From: the human T2T-CHM13v2.0 reference genome, Homo sapiens
Assembly (NCBI RefSeq): GCF_009914755.1
Contig: NC_060926.1
Length of the DNA: 64,000 nucleotides
Direction: 5' to 3' (one strand)
A program made the position numbers and the translations under genes. Each line of letters starts with the position of its first letter. Within the stretch, counting starts at the first letter, position 1. This document shows, piece by piece, positions 25,115-39,059 of the stretch. Under the pieces are notes generated by a model. The model searched no databases, was not told where the DNA came from, and saw only the letters and a list, made by a program, of their open reading frames with translations.

Positions 25115-26501
25115 GTAGAAGCTACTATATGAGAAATGTGGACATACGCCTTTAGTTCAATTCTTTAGCTGCTAACTAATTTAGAGTTCTTACTGTTGTT
25201 TTAGTCAGGAAATAATGAAATATATCGTCAATAAAAAGTTAAAGGAACAAGGTGAATCAGTCCAATGGGAGAATCTAAATCTTCCCAGGGATCTGTCCAA
25301 ATCCATAAAAAGAGTACCAGTTGATAGGTAACAGCAGGGGATTAAAGACTGAAGCAGTTTGCTGCAGGCTATGAATGACCTGATCCCTTAATCCATCTGT
25401 CTTTTTATATAAGAATGTTATGCTAATTAGCTGAGTAAATTGTTTCCTGATGATATTAATTTAGTGCCTTTTTGTTATTCTAGGCTTTGACTTTCACTGT
25501 GACAAAAATATACGAAGGGGCATTTTCAATTTAGATGGTTCCTATCCTGATAAATTCCAACACAGCAATGTTGTGGGGGAAACATGTATAAATAGCAAAC
25601 TTAATCAATCCCGAGGATAGACATAGATGACTTTAGCTTCCTATATAATCGTTCCCTTTAGCTTCTTAAAGCATTACATTAACACACTTGAAATGTTAAA
25701 ACATAATTCAAGGAGAATTTTAGGAAATGCAATTTTCATTGCCCCATTTTCTTTGGAGAAAATCAAGACTTGAATTCATTAACATGGAGGAAGTAATGGA
25801 ACAGATAGTCGTGATGTGAAAACTTATTAGTAAACAAGAGCTGCATCTGAAAAAATATTGTCATTAAAAGCTATGTAGTAGTTAATTGAGTTTGATATGA
25901 AATTTAGTGCTGGAAAGTTAATGACTAATGCAGCTATTTCACAGAGCTTGGTTACTGCAGGCTCCATAATGATCTCCTTCTGCTTTGGAGCAACAATGAA
26001 ATTAACCTCTCTTTTGTCCTGCAGGTGTTGTGTTCTGATAATGCATATTCTTTACAACTTTGGGTAAATTATTTGCTTTGCATATAAATTAACTCCAAAG
26101 CTGAATCAATATTAGAATAATAAAAATGTAGAGAATATTTTTATTCCAAGGAAGCAAAGATTTATAGCAAAATATATCCAAATCCTAGATGCAATTTCAG
26201 GAGGATAGATTTAAAACTATTTATCATACTCCAAAAAGAAAAAGGAGAAAGAAAAAAGGAAAAATACATACAATTGAGAGAAAGGAGGAATGGTTTTGGA
26301 AAATACAATATTATGTTATTATTGTTACATTAGGGAGAAAATAATTGAGAATCGATACATTTGTTTTTCAGTATAAAAACAAAAAGATGGCACTTATTTA
26401 ACAATTCTTAAGTGATACCTTCTGAGTTCCACTTTATTGGGTATGTATTGGTCCTAAGCTAAAATCTAATTTCAAAATATTACGTATTACAGCTGTAGTG
26501 T

Positions 26502-26911
26502 TGTCTCGGTCTGTTTTGTGTTGCTGTAACAGAACACCTGAGACTGGGTAATTTATAAAGAAAAAAGGTTTATTTAGCTTATGGTTCTGGTGGCTGGAAA
26601 GTCCAAGACTATGGCATTGGCATCTGTTGAGCTTCTGATGAGAGCCACATGCTATGTCACAGCAAGGCAGAGAAACAAAATGGAAATCAGGCAAAACATT
26701 GCTTAATAAAAGAGGCAACTTTCTTTAGAATGACTGGCTCTTATGAGAACTAATCCATTATCATGAAAAATAACCCAGTTTCACCAGAAAGTTATTAATT
26801 TGTCTTAATGACCTAATCACCTCTTCAAAGCAAGATCTCCTAACACCTTACATGGGAAATTAAATTTCGACATGAATTTTGGAGAGAATAACCCATGTCC
26901 AAACTATAGCA
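26502..26911 (-). mobile_element. MST-family MaLR solo LTR
   Basis: ttgctgtaacagaacacctgagactgggtaatttataaagaaaa...caaactatagca. Confidence 0.8.
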
Positions 26912-28569
26912 AGGGTAAAGACCCCAAATTTACTTAGACATGGGGATTAATAATCATGTGTCATTGCCAATAAACGTTTTCTTTCTTTTGCACTTCCAAA
27001 GAATTTTTTCACCACCTATTTTCCTCTATGTTTTTCTTTCTCTAGTATTTCTTTCTCTAAAAATTTGTGCTTGTGTAAATAATTTGCAAATGCAACTTTT
27101 TTCTTCTTTGAAATGATAGCTAAATTCAAATTACTTTTATCTCATTCAAAATTCAGAGAAAAATTCAGAAGTGACCTATTAGATGTTTGAGAATGTGCTA
27201 TACTACATCAGGTGCACAAGTTCCTGTGAATAAGAAGCAAAAAAGCTAGCACTTTCCCTTCTTCTGTTTTTAAAGAATAAGCTTATCAATGGATATTGAG
27301 GAAAAAAACTACTGGTAATATTTAAATGGTAAAATGGGTATGGTAAAATAATATTATGAGCATTTTTTCAAGTAATACATTTTGAACTTTAAGTTTTATT
27401 CTGTTAATTTTATCTGTTTATAGGAATAATCCTGTTTTGTTCACTTCAGTATATTCACTATTCCTTTCCCTTACAGTCAAGCATTGGACATGACCTTGAT
27501 ATTGCTGGTGATTACCCATAGGGCTCAATGTTCATCTTTTGTTTCTAAATTCCAAAAGCAAAGTTGATTCTAAAGGATGATAATAATCATTAATAATTCA
27601 TAGAATACCCATCTCCAAAACAGAATCAGGAATGCTATAGACAATAATAAGCACACGTTAAACCAACTGGGCACAGTGCCCAGAAAATCAGCCAAGTACA
27701 CACAATAGGCAAGAAAAGAGCTTGTATGTGTGTGAGGAGAAATAAGAAAGGGAAAGCAATGCATAAAAGACTTCCAAACAGAACAACCAGGGAGTCAACA
27801 GATTTTCAAACTTTCACAGAAAACACAAATATTTTGAAGTCATTTCTGCTGGGTCTACTAACTGTCTTACAATGTGTGATAGCCATGAACCCCAATGGAA
27901 GAAGTAGAAGCAAATTGAGTATATTCTAAAAAATTCAAAATTTGTAGGCATATTAAGTTTTAGGTTTTACAAGCTTCCAAGTGGTGAATTACAAGACCAC
28001 AATATAGGTGTAGGTTTATGGGCTTTTTTATTTGTGATGATGACTTAAACCAACCTTCTTTTTTCTATATGATTTGTTGAAATTAAAGCACTGTACATGT
28101 GATTATGACAAGGAACAAGGAGTCTCATGTATATGTTTTCTTATATTATAAAACAGCACCTGAACTTTTTCATGTCAGATCTCTGCTGGCAAATTAAAGG
28201 AGGAAAATACCCCCATGAACTGAAGAAACCTATGGAAGTTAGCTTATTGAAATGCTGCCAGAGGCTTCATTTAGAGGGGTTTTTATAGGTAGTAGGTCTA
28301 AAGGATACTAGCAAACAAAAAATGCTAACAACATTTTTTTCCCAAGGGAGAAGTACCCCACCAAATTTATTCCGTGTAGGCCTGAGGGTTGGATACTAAT
28401 TTACTTACTATGTATTTATTATAAAACACTACTTAGGCAGGTGTGACCCAGCTATAATTGGCAAGAAACCAGGGATGTACATTTGCTTTTGTTATTATAT
28501 CTAAACTAGAAGAAAACTAAATCCTTTAATAGGAATAAAAAGTTAACACAATGATTTAATTTAATTCTA

Positions 28570-28692
28570 CTTAGTATAGATAACATTTGGTAGAGCTTCA
28601 GGAACTTACTATATATTTTAGCCCTTAATTTGTAATGAAGGCATTGACAGTATAAATCTTGGGATAAACTAGGTAAATAAATTACTTTTTTT
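28570..28692 (+). repeat. 123-bp direct repeat, copy 1 (copy 2 at 29642-29764)
   Basis: Ungapped match at offset 1072 with one mismatch. Confidence 0.95.
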
Positions 28693-29599
28693 GAATATGA
28701 ATGTTCTTTTTTATTTATCCTGGAGTCATATTCAGTGAACTGAGAAATGCATTTTGTTAAACTGACACCTAGATTTCAGGGAGAATATACTCAAATGATA
28801 AAATATTTATATCAAGAAAATAACTTTTACTCCATGACATTATATTATTTATCAGATATGAATGTCATTAAAATTCATTTTCAAACTGTGTAAAAGAGAA
28901 TGATTCCTATGCCAATGTTTTCTTACAGTGTGAAATCTTATATTGATAAAAGTACAATATTTATATATGAAATTTTGAAAAGCTTTGAGCATAAAGTTCT
29001 CAGTCACATCATAACATTTTCTCTGACAGTGTGTGTGTCTTAGGGTAGGGAAAGAGAGTGGTTGAATGTCCATATCTTACTAACTAAGATGGTATGCCCA
29101 CTGTCTTAACAATTTACTTCCTGTATTGACTCGACTAATTAGGTTGCCATAACTTTATTTCTTAATTGTTAATATGTTGGGGAAATTATCAATAAGTATA
29201 GAAAATGACAAAGTTATTGTTTCTGAAAAACTATGAAAAAGAGGATAGCCTTACTTATGCAGAGCCTATTAAAAAGAGAGTACTTTTTCTTCTTAAAATG
29301 CATAGCTTGACCAGCTCCATTTAACACTGTTTTTTAAAAGATGTGTTAATATCCTAATGGTATAAATGAATTCAGTCATGACTAATTGAGTCAAAGAGAT
29401 TTAAAAATTATTTGAACTGTTTTATCAAATTTCTAGCTCATTGTTTAGTGCTAGATATTCACAAAACAAATAGTTAAGTTCCTAAGATTATTGTTGCAAA
29501 CTGTGGGAACTGAAAGTCTTTAATTACATTACTTTGAAAGCAAAAAGTGATTTCCACGCAAAATATTTTAAAGGATTTCTACCCAATGTCAAATTTTCT

Positions 29600-30060
29600 C
29601 ATCTATTCATTTAATAAGCATTGATTAAATATCTGTTGTGTCTTAGTATAGATAACATTTGGTAGAGCTTCAGGAACTTACTATATATTTTAGCCCTTAA
29701 TTTGTAATGAAGGCATTGACGGTATAAATCTTGGGATAAACTAGGTAAATAAATTACTTTTTTTTATATAAATGACGAATAACATTCTAAACTTCAGCAA
29801 GCATATGGTTGAACACTAAATAAAGAACAAAAACCAAGGTAATTACAGTAGAGTGTTTCAGTGATATATTACCACCAAGAACAGAGAGCTATAAAAATCA
29901 CTGGAAGAACATCTAACTGAATCTTTGGGGAGTGAAGAAAAGCTTTCTTTGGAAAATAACCTCTAATCTGATATCTAAAGGACCAGTAGGAGTTATCCGT
30001 AAAAAGGAGAAAGAAAATTCCAGGTAGTTGAAATGGCTTGCTGAATTGCAAGGGCACAGA
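29600..30060 (-). mobile_element. L2 fragment interrupted by the 123-bp duplicated segment (29642-29764)
   Basis: attcatttaataagcattgattaaatatctgttgtgt L2-like 3' end; L2-like sequence resumes after 29765. Confidence 0.55.
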
Positions 30061-30449
30061 TTACTAAAATGTTTAGTAATACTCATGGTAATTTTGTTTA
30101 TAATTTTGAAACAGATATCATGTAGTCAACACAATAGGTCAAATCAGGACCTTTGGTACACATAACCCTTTTTCTGTAAGGTGTTGATAGGTATCATTTG
30201 AATAAAATTGGCGATATTTAGTGTTTATTGGTGTTTGGGAAAAACATGTGCTTCCTAAAATTTTAGCATATTTTCCTATATGATTTCTCATTAATAAATT
30301 AGTGCACAAAGCAAATATCCAGGAGGTGTTAATAGTAAGCAGTAATTTCCAAAATTGCGTGACCAAGAAACTTTTTACTCATAGAATAACTGAAATACTT
30401 TTCTCAGGAATATACTTTGAGAAACATTGCTTAAATACATGTGGAAAAA

Positions 30450-30536
30450 AAGTGTTCTAAATCCAAGTTCTTTATGATGGAGATTACTGAATCCAAGTGT
30501 TCTAAATCCAAGTTCTTTATGGTGGAGATTACTGAA
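30450..30536 (+). repeat. Tandem duplication, 42-bp unit, period 45
   Basis: aagtgttctaaatccaagttctttatg(a/g)tggagattactgaa twice. Confidence 0.93.
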
Positions 30537-30573
30537 AAAGTATGGGAGAAAATTACACATTTTGATAGAAAAT

Positions 30574-30988
30574 CGTAAGAGTTGAATGGTGTTTGCCCAA
30601 AAGGTTTGTCCACCCAGAATCTCACAGTCTGACCTCATTCATAATAAGCATCTTTGAAGATGTAACAAGGTAATAAAGTGTGCTCATCCTCTATTACAAT
30701 AAATTCTAAATCTAATGAGTGTCCTTATAAGAGATAGAATAACAGAAAGACACAGAAAAAAAGGCGGGGAGGCATGTGAAGACAGAATCAGAGAGATTGG
30801 AAAGACAAAAACCGCTAAGAATTGCTGGCAGCATGAAATGGGTTTTTTCTGGGTCTCCAGTGGAAATCAATACTGCCAACACATTGATTTGTCTTCTGGC
30901 CTCCAGACCTGTGAGAGAATCAATTTCTGTTGTTTTAAGTCATCAAGTTTGTTGTAATTTGTTATGACAACCCTGGAAACCTAATACA
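30574..30988 (+). mobile_element. MLT1 solo LTR
   Basis: gttgaatggtg...gtgtccttataagag...ctggcctccagacctgtgagagaatcaatttctgttgtttt...ctaataca. Confidence 0.82.
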
Positions 30989-31044
30989 ACAATGTGATGC
31001 TTTAGAACCAGTTGTATTCGAACAAATTTAAGCCTTAACTCATA

Positions 31045-31591
31045 TTCTTACCAAACAGTCCCCAATGAATTATGGATGTCCCTTGATTTCATGTCCTTGA
31101 ATTATCCTCCCAACCAGACAATAGATTAGCCTTGTGAATTAGTTGAGCCATGAGAATGCAGCTAAAGAGACACTGTATAAGTTTCAGTCCTAGGCTTAAG
31201 GAAGCTTTATAGCTTTTGTTTACTCTGTCTTTTACCTTGAGCCACTGTGCAAAGATGTCTAGGTTAGCGTCCTTGTGGATGAGACACCTTATGATGAAAA
31301 AGACCAGGAGGAATGAAAGACTGGGAAGATAGAGAGGAAGACCCAGTTTCTAGTCATTCCAGCACAACATATGAATGGGGCCAGCTAGGATCCTCCAGTC
31401 CCTATGGAGCTGCCTCTAAATACAAACATATTAAAGAGTCCAGCAGAAGACACCATCTAGGGAAGAGATGAGCCACCCAGCTGAGTTCAGCCCAGATTGA
31501 AGAATCATGAGCAGGTCCATCTGTGCTACTTAGCTGTTTTAAGCTGCTATGTTTAGACTGGTTTATTATGCAGCAATAGAAAGCTGTAACC
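31045..31591 (+). mobile_element. Older MLT1 (G/H-like) LTR
   Basis: cacccagctgagttcagcccagattgaagaatcatgagc...ttatgcagcaatagaaagctg. Confidence 0.65.
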
Positions 31592-32328
31592 ATCTAATAT
31601 GATTATCAAGTATGTGTTTTTAAAACAAAGACAAAAAAGATGAACAGATATAAGATTAGGTTGTGGGCTGTAGCAAAGGTGGATTTGACCTTTTTTTCAA
31701 TTAAGAATTTTGATAATCTACCATACATTTTTAAATTCTTTCTTGCATTAACTTTATCTCTGGATAAAAAATTCAAGCCACCTGTAAGTAAATAGAAACA
31801 GTAGGCATAAATACACAAAAGGAAAGTTATATTAAAATTCTGCAGAAATGTAACAAGAATAAAAAAGCTGAACTGGATTTTTAGGATGTTCTACACTCAG
31901 CTTTTATGGGAAACAGACAAATGACAATCTCATGCCAAGGATTTGTTTTAAAAGGCTGTATAACAGGTAGACCATTGACTAACACATGTTTTACCACCTT
32001 TATCTTCAGAATACTGCAGACAAATGATATTCATAATGACTCTACATGATATTGAAATGGTATCTGAATATTAACAACTAAATTCTGACCAGTTGTGATT
32101 TAAAACATTTAGCTATTTATTGATTGTTATTTTTTTAAAAAACTTGGAATGTGCATTATATGTATATTTAACTATAAAGTCACTGAACATTTAATTAACA
32201 TATGTCCTGTTTTTCAATCATTACTAGGAGTAATCTTTATAGAAATACAAGTAGCAACCATTACCACAAATGAATTCTCATAAGAAACAGTTATTCAAGT
32301 CTTTTTCTCTCTGTCTTTGTCAAACGCA

Positions 32329-32332
32329 TGTG

Positions 32333-32365
<33 letters not shown>
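32329..32365. repeat. (CG)n(CA)n microsatellite
   Basis: gcgcgcgcacacac... Confidence 0.9.
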
Positions 32366-32779
32366 TTTGTTTGTATGCCTGTGGATTGTGAGAGAGTGAG
32401 AATGAGCCTGTAAATACAGAATTATATCAGAATTCTTGTAGCAAATAAGCTATCAGGAAAATTGAGCCAACTTAGTATTGGTCTTGTGAAGGACATTTTC
32501 TCTTTTCTGACCTAGTCTTTTCTATTAAGTGAAAGATGTCACACAATGACCACTCATCTATTTTTGATGGATACATGAATTGTACATTACATGGAAAGAA
32601 GAGAGAAAATAATCCTAATTTTATATAATGTACAGGTTAGAAAGCCTGATACAGACTAATATAAAATTAATGCTTTGAATAAATTTGTTTATACTATTGC
32701 TCTGTTAGAGTGTTGCTACTTTTGGTTTGTTTTTCAATTGTTTTTCCAATATGTATTTAGTTTGATTTTTAATAATCTT

Positions 32780-32900
32780 ATCTCTCTCTTTTTTCTTTTC
32801 TTCTCCTTTACCTCTTGCTCCTCTTCCTTATTCTCCTTGCCTTCCTCCTCAGTCTCCTCATCCTCATCTTCCTCCTCATCCTCTTCTTTCTTTGTTTTCA
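32780..32900. repeat. CT-rich low-complexity tract
   Basis: Imperfect (TCC)n/(TTC)n; source of the poly-Ser ORF 32675..32911. Confidence 0.85.
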
Positions 32901-34589
32901 TTACAAAATAAGCAATCAGAAAAGTTCATACAGATATTGTTACTTATCTTTAGGGACCTGGATCTAACTTAGTGCTGTTGCTTCTGTTTCTTCTCTTTTG
33001 TCCTCCTCTTCTTTTTCTCCTTTGTGTTCTGTTTTACTTTTTAAAAATAGATGCCACAACTCTGATTTTTAATCTGATTGCGTAAATGATCCTTAATAGT
33101 AAAATCAATTTTAATATTTCTTATAAAACAGAAGCACAGCAAAGCATTTTGCAGAATTTATCATAAAGTAAATAATAACCATTCCTAGTATGATAATGCT
33201 GCAACTATTTTTCTTTCATCCTCTGCAACATTTTTATCTGACACAGTCTCTGCTGTTTCCAAGTTCAATGTCCTGCAGCAAGCCTTGCCAGCAATACAGA
33301 ATACTTTCAATTAGTAGTTCTCTACTTCTCTGGTCGCTAAGCAACTGACCTGTGGTGAAGAATACATAATGATCTGCATAGACACCTTAGAGCAATAGAA
33401 AGTATAAGCTTCACAAGTTTCATTTGCTCTCTTGTGTTGATGTTACAATAACAGGTTAAATGCATGGAAATATTTGATAGTAGTTTGCTATAATAAACTT
33501 TAATAAAGATTAAAAGAAGCCTCGGAGAAAGGTAGAAATAAACACAACATAAAATATTGTATTTGTCATTTGTTCATGTATGTCATTTTATTGTTTATAG
33601 GGAGGGCAAGCAATCAGGTTAATATTTTATTAAATGTTTATATTCTAGCTACTGTTTAAGACAGAATTCATCAAGTAGCAGAAGTGATGGAAGGGCCAAG
33701 GGGAAGAAAGATGGACAAAACCTGAAAATTGAAAGTGCAATAAAATGAAAATTACAAATGAAAACCAGTATGCCTGAGATATACATGACTGTTTAGTAGA
33801 GTGTCTTCATGTGGGTTAAAGAAGAAAAGGAAATATCAGCTGGAATCAGCAGAACAGATTTAGCACTTGACCCTTGGATACTTTTCATTCTATTTATCTG
33901 TCATATTTTTATTGGTTTGTATTCCATTGACCACTATATGCACCGACCCTCAGCAAATTCATTCAATAGAGAGGAGAGATTATATCTCCACTGTATCAGT
34001 GGAGCTGTTTAGGAACGTTTCTCCCGCTTCTTGTATGTATTTTGTCCTATTTGTACATTGTATTTTATGAGCTGCTTTAGAATAGTAGAATAACTTTCCT
34101 TTATATGGTATAGAACTTTTAATATATCTCAAAGAAATTTTTAAAAAATGATCATTTGAAATGTATGTTCTCATACTGTATGTGCAAATATCAGTAGTAC
34201 AAACACTAAGGATTAATGAAAATGAAAATCCTAATATATTAAACTTAGAAAAATAGACTAAATATTTACTGAAAAGAAACAGATAATCAAAATTTCGTGA
34301 TACACAATGAAAAGCCTTGAGACATTAAAGAGGACTTTCACTGTCTTTGATGATGTCATCTTTTACATATTAAGTTCTTCTAGCATGGTAACTAGAACTA
34401 AACTTTTAACTTCCTTTTAAACCACACACTGAATGCATCTGTGAAAAAGACCTGCATACTACAAGATAACTTTAATTACATATCTTCTGTGGGGTCCGTG
34501 CTTTTAGTTTAGTATAGGTTTATGCAAAGTGATACTATTGGTAATGTGTAATTTAAACACACACACAAACTAACAGGCCCTGCCGCCTA

Positions 34590-36368
34590 TCAATGTCTGG
34601 GTGATATCAGAGAAGGCCGTGTGGGAATCTAGAACTTTCTTCTCTACCAGGTAGTTACAATGTGCCCCGTCCTTCTCCACCAGATTCCTTAGGTGTCAAA
34701 GTAAACTAAGTGAGAAGTTGGAACTTTCACTATCATCTAGTGGTAAAAAGGTCCAAGGCCTCCTGATGTTTGCCTTCCCTTCAGTGTAGGCCATAGTGGG
34801 AGCAGAAACAAGAAAAAAATCCCTCACTCTCCAAAGGTGGTTGAGCAGGGATAAATTTTTATCACCACCTAGCAATAACAAGGCACCCCCACTTTCACCA
34901 TGTGTGGTGTCACAGGAGGTTTATTTCCAATAGTTAAAATACAGAACCTCATAGCATAATATCCAAATTACCCTAGATACATTGAAAATTACTCAGCATA
35001 TCAAGCACCAGAAAAAAATCTCATCTTGAATGAGATAACACATGCCAACACAGTGATAACACATAAATTAGATTTATTCACAAGGATTTTAAAGCCACCA
35101 CCATAAAAATGTTTTAATGAGCAATTGCGAATATTGCTGAAACAAATGAAACAATGGAAAGCTTTACAAATAAATAGAAGATGCCAAGAGACAAATAGAA
35201 ATTTTGGCACCGAAAAATATAATTGAAACTTTAAAAAATACTTGATGGCTCAACAGCGTAATGGAGGAAATAGAGAAAAGAATAAGTGAACTTGAAAATA
35301 GGACATTAAAAATTTACTAATCCAAAGACCAGAGGGAATATAGACTGAAAATGAAGAAAAAAAAAAAAAAAAAAGAACAGAGCCTCAAGGACCTATAAGA
35401 CTACAGCAAAAAATCTACTATTCATGTCATCAGAGTCCTAGAAGGAAAGGCAAAAGTGGGTTGGGCTAAAAATATATTTGAAAAAATAATGTCCAAAACG
35501 TTTTCGAGTTTGGCAAAAGACATACAACTACAGATTCAAGAAATGAGAAAATCTGAAACAGGACACATACAAAAAAATCAACAAAGAAACAGGTCAATTT
35601 CAGAAAACTTCAGCAGAAGAAAAAATCTTGGAAACAGTGAGGTAAAACAATGCTTCATCTCTCCAGAAGAAAAACAATTTGAATGACAATGATTTCCTGT
35701 CAGAAATAATGGTGGCCAGAAGGAAGTGATATATTTCTCAAGTACTGCAAAACAAGAACTGTCAATCCAGAATTCTGTATTAGGCAAAAATGTCCTTTAG
35801 AAATGAAGGAGAATTAAATAAATTCTCAGAAGAAAAATTAAGAATTGGTTGCAAACAGACCTGCCCTAAAGAAAAGCAAAAAGTTCTTGAAACATGAAAT
35901 GAATAAGGGGCCTGAAATCATCAGAAAAATGTAAGAGTAACAGAAAGAGCAACAATATGAGTAAGTACAACAGATTTTTCTTCTTGAGTTTTCTAAATTA
36001 TGTTTGACTTTTGAATCAAAAACTGTAACATCGAAATGGTTATCAATACCTAAATGAAAAATTTAAAAAATTATATAAACAAGGATGGGTAAAGAAACTT
36101 CCAATGAGATAATATTTTTACACTTCACTAGAAGTGTTAGATATTTTGATAGTGGTAGTGGTCACAAGAATTTACACGTAATAAAATGACAGATGTATGC
36201 ATACACATTTTTTCAATGTCAATTTCTTGGTTTTAATGTTTTACTGTAGCTACAAAAAAAATGTAACCACTGGGGAAACTAGGTGAAGAGTATGAGAGAC
36301 CTCTCTGTACTATATTTGCAACCTTCTGTAAATCTATAATAATTTCAAATCAACAGTTAAAAAATAAA
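34590..36368 (+). mobile_element. Internally deleted old L1M (L1MC-like): 5'/ORF1 region joined to a 3' end
   Basis: ORF1-like motifs (KNIFEKIMSKTFSSLAKDIQLQIQE in ORF 35456..35686) and 3' end ggggaaactaggtgaag...ctctctgtactatatttgcaac. Confidence 0.75.
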
Positions 36369-38074
36369 AATATATCTAATAGACCAATAGTTTCATATGG
36401 AGGGCAGAATGATTTTAAAAAATGAGATATTTTGTTTATGCATACCTGTAAAGGCATCCATGAAAGGTATTATTAACATTTGAAATTATGTAAGTCCAAT
36501 GCTGCAGGAACATGGGCATACTATAGCTTATTTTAGATGCTTTAGAAAGCCAAAGTCATCTCTGATAAGTTCTACATTGATGATAATAACCTGAGAGACT
36601 TCTCAGTCTCCAAAATTGCACTATTTCTAAAATATAGGTAAATATTCCCTTCATCCTAAATCTTTCAAAGTTTAAGAATGTCATTGATAGTCTTTGCTTT
36701 AGAGGAAAATACAGAGATCAAGAAAAAAGGTCTGGAAAAATGAAAAAATAATTTTAAAAGCTTCCTCAGAGAGAAAGAGTTTCAGACGGATATAGTTTAA
36801 CTACAACTCAGCCATGAATTTCTTACTTCTCTTCTAGTACCAGTTACTCTTTTGCTGAATGAATCTACCTTATGAACACAAGTTAAAAAAAATGTACCCA
36901 TGATAAGTAAAACATTATTAAATACAGCTATTTTTATAAAAGTTTCAAGTCAAAAATGGATCCATTTCTGTTCTTCTTCTTACGGGGAGTTGCTTATTCC
37001 CCATCCTTCATTAAAAGGGCCGAAAAGTATACTCATCTGTAGTAGAGAATATGCATAATGTTTATTTACTCATGCTTATTATAATGTTAACACATTATCT
37101 GCCACTCCAAGAATGTGGGCATATTTAGAAAATGTTCAATATGGTATCTATAAATTATTCTATGGCAGACTTTGATTTAATTCTTTTCATCTTCATTTTA
37201 ATAACAGTGGAGTGGTTCTTAATATCATATTTTCATTATTTGCATGTCCTTTGCAAGAAGGCTTGGGAACCTATTTACCCCAAAATAAGTTCCAAACAGG
37301 TCAGACTTCTAATTGTTCATACAAATAACTAAGGATTAGAAATATAGATGCTATACAATTCTAATATAAATCTTTTGGAATTAACCCCTCACCATTGAAA
37401 ACACATTAACTGACTTGTAGTGTTTGATCATTTCCACACAAAGAAGATGGATCACTGTATGTCTCTTAATATCTACATAGCCTTAAACCAGAAGATAGAA
37501 CATGATTGCTCAGGAGAGTCACATGATTTCAATCAAATTATTGTAAGTATGTCATTTGAGCAGAAATAACACAATGTGCAGAATACTGCAAGTGAATTTT
37601 CTTTTCTCCAAATAGTGTGAGTTAAATCATGTTTACTATAGTGATAATATTAATTATTCTATGGATATGCTAGAATTATTCTACTGATCTTATGTTGTTT
37701 TCTGACCACTTTTTCCGAAACACTTTAAATTGTGCTTTACCCTTTCATACCCTTTTATTGTTTACTGATTCATTCCACAAATTAAAATTAACTAATTGGT
37801 ACTAATGTGTACTCAAACAAAAAACAATAATGTCACTTCAGATTGTGACTGATTCTTAAAATATTCTCCTCCATGGTCTTCATGGCCTAATGGTTTTAAG
37901 TTATACACACAGTATTTCACTTAAAATATTATGGAAAGCAGCATCTGGAGCTTTAAACAAGTTACTTAGTTTATATCTGTAGTTTATAAATCATGATGTG
38001 TTAAACTTTATTATGATCTTACAATTTGAATTTAATTCTTTTATAATGTCTCTAGGCTCTCTCTCCTGATGATC

Positions 38075-38134
38075 GATAGATAGATAGATAGATAGATACA
38101 TAGATACATAGATACATAGATACATAGATAGATA
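38075..38134. repeat. (GATA)n/(GATACATA)n tetranucleotide STR
   Basis: gatagatagata...gatacatagatacata. Confidence 0.92.
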
Positions 38135-38728
38135 GGTATTTTCCTTTTAGAAAACCTCTCGCTTTTCTCATATCCCACACTCTTGACAGCATTATATTCA
38201 AGAGCAAGGGTGGGAAATGTGTTGACTGCCAAGGTATTAGATAGCTAGGTTAAATGCCAAAATTAAACTGATATAAAAAGTAATACAGAAACAAGAAAAA
38301 AAAGTGGAAAATGAAAGTATAACCTTGTAAAGTTTTTATTCTAATATACAGGTATGTTAATGAAAATAATAGAATGGTTTCTGAAAGACATAAATGGACA
38401 GTATTGTTTTATGAATACATCAGTAAGAAAATACTTTAACACGAAGGGGAAATTCTCCAGGTTCAGTGTGAGATTTCCACCTATAATTTTCATTTGGCTG
38501 GCGAGACTGACTTGCGTTACTTGAGTTATGCTATTTTAAAAGTATTTGTCACCAGTATGTATCCCTTCTTTGATATTTTTCCTCCCTTCTACAGTGACTT
38601 TTAAAATCCAAATCTAATCAAGCTGCCACTGAGGACATATTGTTATATTAAACATACAAATGTTTAAGCCTTATTAAATACAGACTGGGTTTCAGTAAAT
38701 CAGAAATGGTTAAAAAAAAAAAAAAAGA

Positions 38729-39059
<331 letters not shown>

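Noticed and set aside
26005-26070. Strong-looking acceptor (ctctcttttgtcctgcag) with a nearby gtaaat donor as a possible micro-exon
   Set aside because: There is no supporting ORF or neighbouring exons, and such sites are frequent by chance. It cannot be supported without transcript data.
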